Assembly (NCBI GenBank): GCA_965222225.1
Contig: CBDCTK010000002.1
Location: 3,616,001 to 3,680,000 of the forward strand
DNA: 64,000 bases
Reading direction: 5' to 3'
Origin: Candidatus Poribacteria bacterium
Lineage (GTDB): Bacteria > Poribacteria > WGA-4E > JAJDTR01
Below, in pieces: positions 42,573-51,945 of this stretch. The notes beneath the pieces were generated by a model. It had not been told where the DNA came from, did no database searches, and saw nothing but the letters and a program-made list of their open reading frames with translations. Every line of letters starts with the position of its first letter. Positions within the stretch are counted from its first letter, which is position 1. The position numbers and the translations under genes are program-made.

Positions 42573-44171
42573 TCATTCGACTCTATTCGGTTGCTCTGCC
42601 CGGTGTCGATAGACTTGCAGGTTTTCTGTGGAATGAATCAGTTCGTAATCCGTATCCAGACTATCTATTATTTCCCGCACATGCACGCCGGAAGGGCCAC
42701 CACCTCTGTAAAATTTCGATTTGTCCATCTTCCATGCCACTATGTAATCGACCGCTCCTGAATGTTTGATTCTCCAATCCAGAGGAAAGTAATCAAACTG
42801 GGGTTCGTAATTGCTCAGACTGACACAGTTGTTACTCAAGCAGTAATAGCTGCTAGCCTGAACAAACGGGCGCACATGGTGATACGGCTGGTGAGTAAAC
42901 GGCGGCGGGTCCTTGACACCAGGACGGGCGTCTGACCAGAGTCCTAAGACGGTCTTGTTTCTTTCGATCAGCTCAACACCTGATGTATACTCTCTCGTAA
43001 TTTTGTCCAGAGAATAATAGTATCGGCAGCTTATGGAAAGACGGGCAACAGAAAGAATGACTATGATAATGATGATCCCGCGCTTGATGTATTTATGGTA
43101 ATCCTCACTGAGAAACGGCAACAGCACCGGAATAATAAACAGATTCACACGGTAATTGATAAAACCGCCGCTCGCCATCCCCCCGGGCATAATGAAGTAG
43201 AGAACTGTGAAAACGCCGAAAATCAGCAGGAACTGGTTGTCCTGGCTCATAATCCTTCTTTCGCGGATTCTTTTATATAAAGTGACTGCGAATAACAGCC
43301 CCAGCATAATTGCCAAAATGCGCGTGGGGATGAGGTGAGCGTCGGTGAAAAACATCAACGACTTGATGCTGAGAAAATAATCCCACGTTTTCCAGTCGCT
43401 GAAACGCTCCCATCTCAGGTGCAAATGACCGTTATCTGCAACGACGTTTGAGAGAAGATAATTAGCCATGATGAAGTATAGCGGCAGCATACTGACCAGA
43501 AGTGCCATAACCCGTTTTGGTCTGCGATAGAAAGATGTGATAGATAGAAGAGTTAGCGAAAGTATGAGAAGGAGATAAGAGAGGATGTGACTGAAGTAGA
43601 TCAGGATGCACAACAGGTTGAGGATGGCTATCTTATTCAGGCTCAGATCTTCTTTGTGCTTCATGAAATAGCCCAATGCGAAGAAAAACAGTGGCACAGA
43701 AAGGGAAAAACTGTAGAATCCCATGTGCAGCAGGTAGTGATAGCTGAACAGAAACCCCACAAAACCGTATAGATTCTTCCCCTTGTGTACCGCGCCAACA
43801 AAATAGAAAAGTGACAATGGTAACAAGCTGATGATAGCGCTCAGATGGATTTTTTCCGCTATTAAAGGAGGGAAAATCTTCATCAGCAGTGACATGAAGG
43901 CATGTGAGGACCAGTTGGGGAAAAGTCTGAGATTGAGTTTGTGATATTCCCTCAAGAGAGTTGATTCTTCATCATGGAATGCACTCAACACATACGAGTT
44001 ATAGACGTGGGCTGGCCCGTCCTGGGTTGGGAAATACTTAAAAACCCACAGCGGCAAGATATGCAAGACGATGAGCAAAGCGATAACAAGTCTTTTCCTT
44101 CGTACCGAGGGATCTGTCTCCTTCCAACGTCCAAGAAGGGAACGCAGGATTGAGATTGCATATTTCAACAT
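42573..44171 (-). CDS. Multi-pass membrane protein, putative GT-C fold glycosyltransferase
   Basis: About 11-12 hydrophobic segments, a first periplasmic-loop motif FPTQDGPAH, and a soluble C-terminal domain. Confidence 0.65.
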   Translation of the reverse strand: MLKYAISILRSLLGRWKETDPSVRRKRLVIALLIVLHILPLWVFKYFPTQDGPAHVYNSYVLSAFHDEESTLLREYHKLNLRLFPNWSSHAFMSLLMKIFPPLIAEKIHLSAIISLLPLSLFYFVGAVHKGKNLYGFVGFLFSYHYLLHMGFYSFSLSVPLFFFALGYFMKHKEDLSLNKIAILNLLCILIYFSHILSYLLLILSLTLLSITSFYRRPKRVMALLVSMLPLYFIMANYLLSNVVADNGHLHLRWERFSDWKTWDYFLSIKSLMFFTDAHLIPTRILAIMLGLLFAVTLYKRIRERRIMSQDNQFLLIFGVFTVLYFIMPGGMASGGFINYRVNLFIIPVLLPFLSEDYHKYIKRGIIIIIVILSVARLSISCRYYYSLDKITREYTSGVELIERNKTVLGLWSDARPGVKDPPPFTHQPYHHVRPFVQASSYYCLSNNCVSLSNYEPQFDYFPLDWRIKHSGAVDYIVAWKMDKSKFYRGGGPSGVHVREIIDSLDTDYELIHSTENLQVYRHRAEQPNRVE

Positions 44172-44206
44172 TTGCTCATGTCCTTAGTTGCTCAAGACAC
44201 CAGATT

Positions 44207-44317
44207 AACCAGAAACGACCTCACGCTGAATTAGGTTATTTGACACCGGTTGAATTTGAGCAACAATACTTGTCTTAACTTTGCTTAGTTGTGGTCTAAA
44301 TTCTCGTTGGCACTTCA
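44207..44317 (+). mobile_element. IS3-family 3' end remnant
   Basis: NQKRPHAELGYLTPVEFE* followed by a terminal-repeat-like ...GGTCTAAATTCTCGTTGGCACTTCA. Confidence 0.7.
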
Positions 44318-44480
44318 AACTCAGAATTCGCTCTTTCCTTGACAAGGTTAGACACATATAGGTCTCTATGTCAAATGGCAAGAGCAGAAGGACAAGAAAA
44401 TAATTGACTCTTTACTTGACAGTACCGTCAAGGAAAACTCAGCTTCAGATGGAGTGCAGGCGCTTCTCGAAATGGAGAAT

Positions 44481-46286
44481 TTACTGCATTGCATTCCTAC
44501 TACTTCTGCCGAAGCCCTCGAAATCAATATCCACCGCTGGCAAGAGGTCATACTGTATCTCGTATATCTTCAATCCCCTGTCATAAACCAGTTTGAATCC
44601 GGGCATTTCACCTTCTACCAATGGTTTCGTAGCGGGTCGCAGTACCCAGGACGGTATGGACTCTTCAAAGGGGCCCGGGATAGCATACGGTATGATGTGC
44701 GTAACTTTGTAGAATTTCATCACCATGATGATTCTGTCCAACTCTTCCAGCGGTATCTGTATTACTTTCCCCTCCGAATAGAAACACACGCCCCCCGGCT
44801 CACGGTACATCACAACGGAGCCAGGCACGTTCTCCTTGAGCCACTTCCCTGCTTCCATCCTTTCCTCATTAGCTTCTCCATATGGCCAGCCGCGGCGCTT
44901 ATGGTCGCCATATACCTCGGCCGCGGATAAACACAGCACAGGCATCATCAATGTCACAATCAAACATGAAGCTATTGTATGTGAGTGCTTTGTCTTTGCG
45001 AATATCTGTTTTGCTGCCACGTCGTAGGTTGTCCAGCCTATAGCCATATTTATCACCACAAACGGGAACGCTAGACGCGAGATGGGAGACCAGCAGACTG
45101 CGAGAAATGTCATTAGAAAGAAGTTCAACAACCACAAAATATGAAGGTCTCGATTGTGCCAGGGCACGAGGAACTTGCCTATCTCCCGCTCTTCATATTC
45201 CTTCTCTGTAGATGGGCGGCGCAGCAGCGAACATAGACAGGACAGGAAGAACAACAGCAGCCCCAAGATGGCAAGAATGCCTGCATAATAGGCGAGGAAA
45301 TCCTTCGCTTCGAAGTCCTTCCAGGAACCGCCCCTCATGTCCATATCCACAAAAGCCCACCGGAAATACCGTCCGTAGAATTCCCAGGTCTTTTCACAGA
45401 CTCTCTTGAATCCCGCTTCTCTGAACTTGTCAAACAGGAACGGCATCTCCTTGCCCCAGTGGAGGGAGTATGAACCTTCTTCCCAATCTTTGTAGCCGAT
45501 GTGGCCAGCCGCGTATTGTTGTGTGCTGAAAATAGGGTTGTGAAAATGGATGGTATTTCTGACAAACCACGGTAGCATAACTAAGAATACGATAGCAAAA
45601 CAGATCCACACCTTCCGGCTTCGCAGGATTTTGAAGCCGCCCGAAATAACACAGAATACAAAATAAGCGGGGATGATCCAGAGCCCAGTGCCCTTTGCAT
45701 AATATGCAAGCCCGATGAAGACCCCCGCAGGATAAAAGAACTTCGGCGAGTCCTGCGCCTTTATGATGAAAAAGCAACTTGTCAGGATCATGAAGGAGAA
45801 CAGCAAATCACTGTCAGCCCGCAGCGAAGATGAGAAGATAACCGGGAAAAACATCGCGCTCAATCCTGCGGCGAGCCCCGCTACTCGGCTGCGACTTAAT
45901 CGCTTTGTGAGCAGATAAAGGAAAACCGGCAGGAAGATGGAACCAATCAGTATGGCGGGCAATTTGGCTGCAAAGGCGGTCTTTCCCAGTATCAGGAAGA
46001 ACGGTACGATTAGAAGGGAATACAACGGAGGATAATGGGCTTCCGGATGTGTGATCTCAGGATATTTCAGCCGAGACATGAAATACGAATACTGCATGTG
46101 GTCGTTAGAGAACCCTTTGCCATTAACCAGATTAACCGCCATGCCGATGTACGCCGCTTCATCGGTACCCCCGATATACTCAATAGGGTATACTATACTG
46201 CACTTAAACGATAGCACGGCGATTCCAACGAGGACAATGACAACCAAAAAGGGGTCTATCTTCCATTTGGGTCTTTGTATGCGCAT
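44481..46286 (-). CDS. ArnT/PMT-like (GT39/GT83, GT-C) membrane glycosyltransferase
   Basis: DEAAY after TM1, HYPPLY, GLAYYAK, PWFVRN, multiple TM segments, periplasmic C-terminal domain. Confidence 0.85.
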   Translation of the reverse strand: MRIQRPKWKIDPFLVVIVLVGIAVLSFKCSIVYPIEYIGGTDEAAYIGMAVNLVNGKGFSNDHMQYSYFMSRLKYPEITHPEAHYPPLYSLLIVPFFLILGKTAFAAKLPAILIGSIFLPVFLYLLTKRLSRSRVAGLAAGLSAMFFPVIFSSSLRADSDLLFSFMILTSCFFIIKAQDSPKFFYPAGVFIGLAYYAKGTGLWIIPAYFVFCVISGGFKILRSRKVWICFAIVFLVMLPWFVRNTIHFHNPIFSTQQYAAGHIGYKDWEEGSYSLHWGKEMPFLFDKFREAGFKRVCEKTWEFYGRYFRWAFVDMDMRGGSWKDFEAKDFLAYYAGILAILGLLLFFLSCLCSLLRRPSTEKEYEEREIGKFLVPWHNRDLHILWLLNFFLMTFLAVCWSPISRLAFPFVVINMAIGWTTYDVAAKQIFAKTKHSHTIASCLIVTLMMPVLCLSAAEVYGDHKRRGWPYGEANEERMEAGKWLKENVPGSVVMYREPGGVCFYSEGKVIQIPLEELDRIIMVMKFYKVTHIIPYAIPGPFEESIPSWVLRPATKPLVEGEMPGFKLVYDRGLKIYEIQYDLLPAVDIDFEGFGRSSRNAMQ

Positions 46287-46484
46287 CGTGGGTCAGACCT
46301 TCTTTCTTGAAGGATAATATGTTCCGGGTTTAATTCTGGTAGCTCTATAGATGTAGTGCTCTTTGAAGATTACAGTGGCAAATGAAATACTTGATGGGGC
46401 CGATATGATTTGCAAGCTTCTTAGAGAACGAGAGAGACTTTCTGGCCAAACGAGATATCCGCTGTCTCAATGTTCGGCTTCTTG

Positions 46485-46919
46485 TCAACTACATTCCACA
46501 TGTAGTGCACTACCGCCTTCACTTTGCCCACCAGGTTGTCGCAAGTTTTGAAGCAGGCTCAACGGCAAAGGTGGTGTCGATGTTTCCCGAATCTCGTCCG
46601 CGCTTAGTGCCTTGTCAGGGAAAATATACATCAGCAGTGACATGAAGGGATATGAGGACCAGTTCGGGGAAAGTGTGAGATTGAGTTTGTAATATTCCCT
46701 CAAGAGAGTTGATTCTTCATCATGGAATGCACTCAACACATACGAATTGTAAACGTGGGCTCGCCCGTCCTGGGATGGGAAGTATTTGAAGATCCATAGC
46801 GGCAAGATATGCAAGACGATGAGCAATGAGATAAGAATTCTTTTCCTCCGTACTGAGGGATCTGTCTCCTTCCAACGTCCAGGAAGGGAACTCAGACTTG
46901 ATATTGCTGATTTCAACAT
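46485..46919 (-). pseudogene. Chimeric remnant: duplicated N-terminus of the 42573..44171 protein fused to a LamG-like C-terminal tail
   Basis: The first ~100 aa are near-identical to the 44171 gene. The sequence then switches to DKALSADEIRE, and a shifted frame gives FAVEPASKLATTW(GKVK). Confidence 0.75.
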
Positions 46920-47062
46920 TCGCCTATATCCTTAATTGCTCAAATATATGTGTAGCGGCATCAGTTAAGTGCTTGGACAAATCTAATTCAATCTTTAGAC
47001 TTCCGAAGTCTTATACCAATTCCCGATCTATAGACCACTAATTATTCATTGGAGACCCGCGA

Positions 47063-47111
47063 TTTCAACTTTCAACGTTCAACTTTCAACGTTCAACTTC
47101 CAACGTTCAAC
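47063..47111. repeat. Tandem heptamer array, 7 x (T/G)TTCAAC
   Basis: tttcaac tttcaac gttcaac tttcaac gttcaac ttccaac gttcaac. A complementary array gttgaaa gttgaga gttggag lies at 47605-47625. Confidence 0.9.
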
Positions 47112-47114
47112 TTC

Positions 47115-47494
47115 TTACTTCTGGCGCCTTGCTCTGTTGTTCTCTGATGTTTTTATACTTGCGAAGAATATCTTTATCAATTCCTCCGTTTCAGACAGCA
47201 GTGGGTCGACTTTCGAGGGCGGTTTAATCATCGGTATGGCTTTGATTAGTCTCTTAGGCAACGAAGTGACTCCCGAAGTTCTTTGAGGCAAATTCTCATC
47301 TTGTGTACAAAGTCATTGATGGATTCGGCCGCTTGAGCTTCACCGTGATTCAAGCATGGAGAAGTCCCGGATCGCAATAACTGACCACCCACATGGTTTG
47401 CGGCACGCGTATTTGGAAGGGATTCGACCCATCGAATGATTCGAGCAGAATAGTCGAGCAGTCGTTGTTCAAGGTCAAATTCTTGTCTCGCCAT
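47115..47494 (-). pseudogene. Four-helix-bundle protein (23S rRNA-IVS / TIGR02436 family), frameshifted
   Basis: MARQEFDLEQR...QLLRSGTS...GEAQAAES..DFVHK..ICLKELRES. An extra AG in AGAGA near 47250 breaks the frame. Once restored it continues LIKAIP...ETEELIKIFFASIKT...QK*. Confidence 0.85.
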
Positions 47495-47770
47495 TTTCTC
47501 TCCTGCATTTGATGGTCGCAAGCACGGCAATCGACAACAAAAAATGCAAAAACGCCCAATTTCAACATCACAGCTGAACACATGGAAAAAGTCCGAACTT
47601 GGCCGTTGAAAGTTGAGAGTTGGAGTATATCAATGCCCCTGAAAGTTGGAGATATTATATCTATTAGTAGCCAAGAGATCAAGAAATGGTATTAGTCAGT
47701 ATCTATTAAGCCAAGTGTAGGCAAGATTCTCAAAATCGGGGGAAATAATCCTTAGTATCACTGCATTCTG

Positions 47771-48636
47771 TCAATTCTTGCCGATGCTCTTCTGCTTAAG
47801 CCAGCCCCATGTTGCTCGGAGCTTGCCACCAGGGGAGACAGGATACCCAGCAGGATCAAACCAGGCACCATTCTCGTCAGCGCCCGGTTCCCGTGTTAAC
47901 TGGATCATATCTCCGGTACCGTTGTCATTCGTAATTCAGACCTCACCCTTGGTGGCGATCAAGATCCTACCGTCATGAGTCCAGTCGGTCGGCCAGCCAC
48001 CCCAGTCCGGCCCAATCTTCGCGCTCAGGTTTCGTTGATTGCGGCCATCGGCATCCATAACCCAGGTTTGCAGTATCCCCTTTCGATCGCTCCAGAAGGC
48101 GATCTTTTTACGGTCAGGAGACCAGACTGGATCCCGGTCATGGGCGAGTTTTCTTGTTAGCCTGGTTTGATTGCGTCCATCGGCATCCATAACGTAGATT
48201 TCACTGTTCGCATCCCGCTCGGAGGCGAAGGCGATACGACCGTCAGGACCCCAGTCTGGCTGCATGTTTCCGATCCCCTCTTTAGTGTCTGTTAGTTGAC
48301 GTCAATTGCGACCATCGACATCTACACGGACGACTTGACGGGCTTCTTCAGGCACAAAGGTCTCGAAGACGATGCTTTTGCCGTCAGGAGACACCGATGG
48401 GCTCAGGTCGCCCACACCCGGACTGTCCGTTACCTGGCGTAGATTGCTACCATCGGCGTCTATAGCCAGAAGTCAGCCAGCCAACCGTCGTGAACCCTAT
48501 CGCTGGAAAAGGCGATAGTTTTACCGTCAGGAAACCATGCTGGATAGCCGTCCATGGCCACATTGTCTGTTAGCCTTCGTTCATTTTTCCCATCGGCATC
48601 CGCAACGTAGATTTCGTAGTCCTTATCTGATACCGC
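47771..48636 (-). pseudogene. 3' part of a split PD40/TolB-like propeller gene
   Basis: Paralogous to 56008..57012. Has a -1 deletion near 48465 and in-frame TGAs near 48313 and at 47936. Ends YPVSPGGKLRATWGWLKQKSIGKN*. Confidence 0.85.
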
Positions 48637-48770
48637 TAAAGACCTGTGAAGTAGAAGAATTTACCACGACGGCTCGAATCCAATCAGTATTTGGGTTTGA
48701 GCCGTTTTTCTGTGTCTATAATACCAACGTTTGCTGGACGGTCAAAACCTCATAGCGAGCGAGATATGCT

Positions 48771-48795
48771 GAGACTGTCAAGAATTTTGTGTAAG
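48771..48795. mobile_element. Possible IS256-family terminal repeat remnant
   Basis: GAGACTGTCAAGAATTTTGTGTAAG resembles IS256-family ends. No partner end was seen. Confidence 0.4.
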
Positions 48796-48814
48796 ATTCA
48801 CCCAATTTCCCAGA

Positions 48815-49780
48815 CTACCGCACAAGTCGTTTGAGCCACCCCCACGTCGTGATTTTCTTGCCTGCAGGAGATACCACAAAAAAAGGGTTAAACCAGTCAG
48901 GGTCAGCATCTCTTAAGGGATTGTGTGTTAGCTTTCGAGGATTCCGACCATCAGCACCTATCACGTAGATTTCAAAGTTGTCGTCTCTATGGGACGAGAA
49001 GGCAATGTGTCTACCATCAGGAGACCATGAGGGAGTCCAGTCATGGTCGCGATGGTTTGTTAGCCTTCGAGGATTCTCACCATTGGCGTCCATTACGTAG
49101 ATTTCCCAGTTCTCGTCTCTATAGGACGCGAAGGCAATGCGTCTACCACCAGCAATGCGTCTTTCAGCAGGCGACCATGAGGGATTACGGTCAGACCTAG
49201 GATTGTTTGTGAGGTTTCGGGGATTCTCACCATCGGCATCCATTACGTAGATTTCATCATTTCCATCTCTGTCAGACACGAAGGCAATGCTTTCACCATC
49301 AGGCGACCATGAGGGATTACGGTCAGACTTAGGATTGTTTGTGAGGTTTCGGGGATTCCCACCATCGGCATCCATTACGTAGATTTCCGAGTTCCCATCT
49401 CTCTCGGAATCGAAGACAATGCTTTCACCGTCAGGCGACCATGAGGGACACCCGTCAGGCAAGGGATTGTCTGTAAGCCGTTGCGGATTTTGACCATCGG
49501 CATCCATCACGTAAATTTCAGGGTTCCCAGCTCTCTGGGATGCAAAGACAATGGTTCCGCCACCAGGCGACCATGAGGGAAACCAGTCAGACGCGGGATT
49601 GTTTGTGAGGTTTCGAGGATTCAGACCATCGGCATCCATCACGTAGATTTCAGGGTTACCATCTCTCTCAGACCTGAAGGCAATCTGTGCTTGTACGTCA
49701 ACGCCTGCCATCAGAGTTGTCAGACTCAAGGCTAGAACGCTAGCTAGAACGAAATATGCGAGATTGTATTTCCGTTGCAT
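48815..49780 (-). CDS. Secreted PD40/TolB-like beta-propeller protein with the conserved C-terminal motif
   Basis: Signal peptide, about six IAF.S.RDGN.EIYVMDADG...LT..P..D..PSWSPDG repeats, tail VSPAGKKITTWGWLK. Confidence 0.9.
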   Translation of the reverse strand: MQRKYNLAYFVLASVLALSLTTLMAGVDVQAQIAFRSERDGNPEIYVMDADGLNPRNLTNNPASDWFPSWSPGGGTIVFASQRAGNPEIYVMDADGQNPQRLTDNPLPDGCPSWSPDGESIVFDSERDGNSEIYVMDADGGNPRNLTNNPKSDRNPSWSPDGESIAFVSDRDGNDEIYVMDADGENPRNLTNNPRSDRNPSWSPAERRIAGGRRIAFASYRDENWEIYVMDANGENPRRLTNHRDHDWTPSWSPDGRHIAFSSHRDDNFEIYVIGADGRNPRKLTHNPLRDADPDWFNPFFVVSPAGKKITTWGWLKRLVR

Positions 49781-50092
49781 CTTCTTTTGCTCCCTCCCCT
49801 ATCGGACTGAACTGTCACCGCACCCCGACTGTCATCACCTTGTTTATTGGACGAAACAAGCTGACGTTGGGTCTATTGAAAACAGATACAAGCTCCACAG
49901 GTGGCATGCTTTACAGGTATAGAGTGACTTGGTCTTGAAAGTGAATTGCCAACCGAGTAAGAATCTGATTCAGCCGTCTAGCAAACCGTGGTTTGATAGA
50001 CGGCTGAAGGCGACGCGAAACCTACGCTTTCTGCGTCAATACGCGCTTTCTGATGAGGGCATTTCATTCCTCATCGCTTTCCTCACCTCATC

Positions 50093-50218
50093 GTCCTGAT
50101 GCCGTTGGGTCATCCAGGCAATCATTGGTTCTGTCAGTGCCTGTGCGTTTGTAAATAGCACAGCGACGCTGAACAGTAGCACGCAACTTAGCGTGATATA
50201 CCCAAGTTTCTTTTTCAT
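50093..50218 (-). pseudogene. 5' part (signal peptide) of the split PD40 gene
   Basis: MKKKLGYITLSCVLLFSVAVL...MIAWMTQRHQD matches the start of 56008..57012 up to QD, exactly where 47771..48636 resumes (AVSDKD). Confidence 0.8.
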
Positions 50219-50387
50219 GGTAAATCGCCTTTTCAAGTTGTGGAAGCCCTGTAAAATCTACGAACCTTTCAGTTGGCAAAGTAGAACATGCCGCTGGCTT
50301 GTTCAGAATATGCTACCAGCTTGTTTCGTGGCGATACAGTATTTGATTGAATTATCAAACCACTACCTTTGGTAGGCCGGTACTATA

Positions 50388-50505
50388 TACTCAGCGTCGC
50401 ATAAAACTGCGCTTTTTTTACAGCAGTTCGTCTGAAGCGCAACGTGAAAGTAGCAGTGGCAGTAGCAGGACAGCTCAAAAGCGGAATTTATGCCGTTGCC
50501 AAGTA
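50388..50505. mobile_element. 118-bp MITE with TA duplication
   Basis: Imperfect TIRs TACTCAGCGTCGCATAAA / TTTATGCCGTTGCCAAGTA. Removing the element and one TA restores the sequence seen intact at 52833-52880. Confidence 0.75.
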
Positions 50506-50535
50506 TAAGAAGGTTCAAGCGTTAGGGAGGAAAGC

Positions 50536-51945
50536 CTATCGATGCACCTCGAATATGCTGTAGCCGTATGGCGGGAGCGGCAACTCCAGTGTTTTCTCCA
50601 CCTTTTGATGTTTCCCGCTAAAGATATCGACCAACTCCGTCTCCCAATCGAGATAAACCTCTATCATCGCATCTTCGCTCTGGAAGTTGAGCACTACGAG
50701 CAGCATCTCATTATCTGTAGTTGATGCGCGAAGGAATGCGTAGTATCGACCATCGTTGTTCGTAGGCAGCCGGCGTCTGGAACCCGTGGCGCAAAGTGCC
50801 GGATACTTCTGCCTGGCCTTCATAATCTCTTTGAGCTGTGATAGAAACCTCGTGGACCATATAGGTTCAAAGATACGGTCGCTGGCTACGAACAACTCAC
50901 CGACTGTCGCCAGCGACACCACTTCCAACAGCATCTGTGCCGGAGAGAGGTTTCCCGTCGTTTCCCCCATCACCCGCAAAGCCGGCCCTGACATGCCCCC
51001 CATTACCCCAGCCCATGTTACTCCGCCGGCTTTGACAACGCGGTCCCGGTACAGCCGCAGTTTAACCTCAATTCCTGTGGGATTGCCGGTTTCCAAGGCT
51101 AACCTGATGGCCTGCGCCCAACGCCGACCAACCCGCGAATCGCGGATTCCGTAGTCCTGTACGCTGTCATAGTGCCCGTCGGTAATCCACGGGACCGGGT
51201 CGCAGCGTATTCCGGCTCCTTCAGGAAGCACAAACGTATTTGGATATTCGTGGACCACGTCAGTAATCGTGCTGTTGTTCACCTCCCAAGTACAGTTGGT
51301 GTATTCAGGTACGGCGTCAACCATTATGCCGTCGACCCCTCTCTCCATCCAAAAGCGAACAACCCGCCTGCATTCCTCCTGCCACGACTCCTCTCCATAA
51401 TTAAACTGAGGCAAATCCTCATCGCCGGTACGGCCGCGCCATCTGACCCAATGGTACTTCCCTGCTCTCTCGCTGAATTGCCAACTACTTGAGTTTACCT
51501 CGACATCATTTAGGAAAAAAGGCACTTGGCTTCGATCCAGTTCGGCAGACTTGGTGTCGCTCCACACGAACCAGCGAGACTCTGGGCTGTCCACGCCGGC
51601 TTTCACATCGTCACAGGCCCGTATAAAGGGAGGAAACTCCGTGGCGGCGTAACCGAGGTTGAGAAAAGCCATGACGGCAATGTCTCTGTCGTGACACGCC
51701 GTAACGAGTTCATCAAAGTCATCCATGGTTCCAAGGGCGGGATCGACGGCATAGTAGTCGAGGACATCCAGCCCTGAGTACTGGATGCCTCCATGGTACG
51801 GGATGCCCATGCAAATAGCGTTAAAGCCCCACTCTTTGACCTCGTCGACCATTCCGATGATCTTTTTGAGCGTTCGGCCCTTGTGTTTGGGACTGGTAAA
51901 ATGCATTAGTGTAGCGTTTTCCCACCAACGGGGTTTCAAACTCAT
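50536..51945 (-). CDS. Alpha-amylase family (GH13) protein
   Basis: DYYAVDPALGTMDDFDELV..CH, LPQFNY, FWMERGVDG...D, and a C-terminal beta-sandwich. Confidence 0.85.
   Translation of the reverse strand: MSLKPRWWENATLMHFTSPKHKGRTLKKIIGMVDEVKEWGFNAICMGIPYHGGIQYSGLDVLDYYAVDPALGTMDDFDELVTACHDRDIAVMAFLNLGYAATEFPPFIRACDDVKAGVDSPESRWFVWSDTKSAELDRSQVPFFLNDVEVNSSSWQFSERAGKYHWVRWRGRTGDEDLPQFNYGEESWQEECRRVVRFWMERGVDGIMVDAVPEYTNCTWEVNNSTITDVVHEYPNTFVLPEGAGIRCDPVPWITDGHYDSVQDYGIRDSRVGRRWAQAIRLALETGNPTGIEVKLRLYRDRVVKAGGVTWAGVMGGMSGPALRVMGETTGNLSPAQMLLEVVSLATVGELFVASDRIFEPIWSTRFLSQLKEIMKARQKYPALCATGSRRRLPTNNDGRYYAFLRASTTDNEMLLVVLNFQSEDAMIEVYLDWETELVDIFSGKHQKVEKTLELPLPPYGYSIFEVHR

Larger units (their letters stand above)
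47014..47691. mobile_element. Non-autonomous TIR element carrying a four-helix-bundle gene
   Basis: Imperfect 29-bp TIRs (TACCAATTCCCGATCT... / ...AGATCAAGAAATGGTA, 22/29 match) flanked by TTA direct repeats (47011-13, 47692-94). No transposase inside. Confidence 0.75.

Noticed and set aside
14038-47940. Stop-codon reassignment (TGA or TAG read as Trp) explaining the in-frame stops
   Set aside because: Core genes end normally in TGA, TAG and TAA and use TGG for Trp. The broken genes also carry TAA stops or frameshifts.
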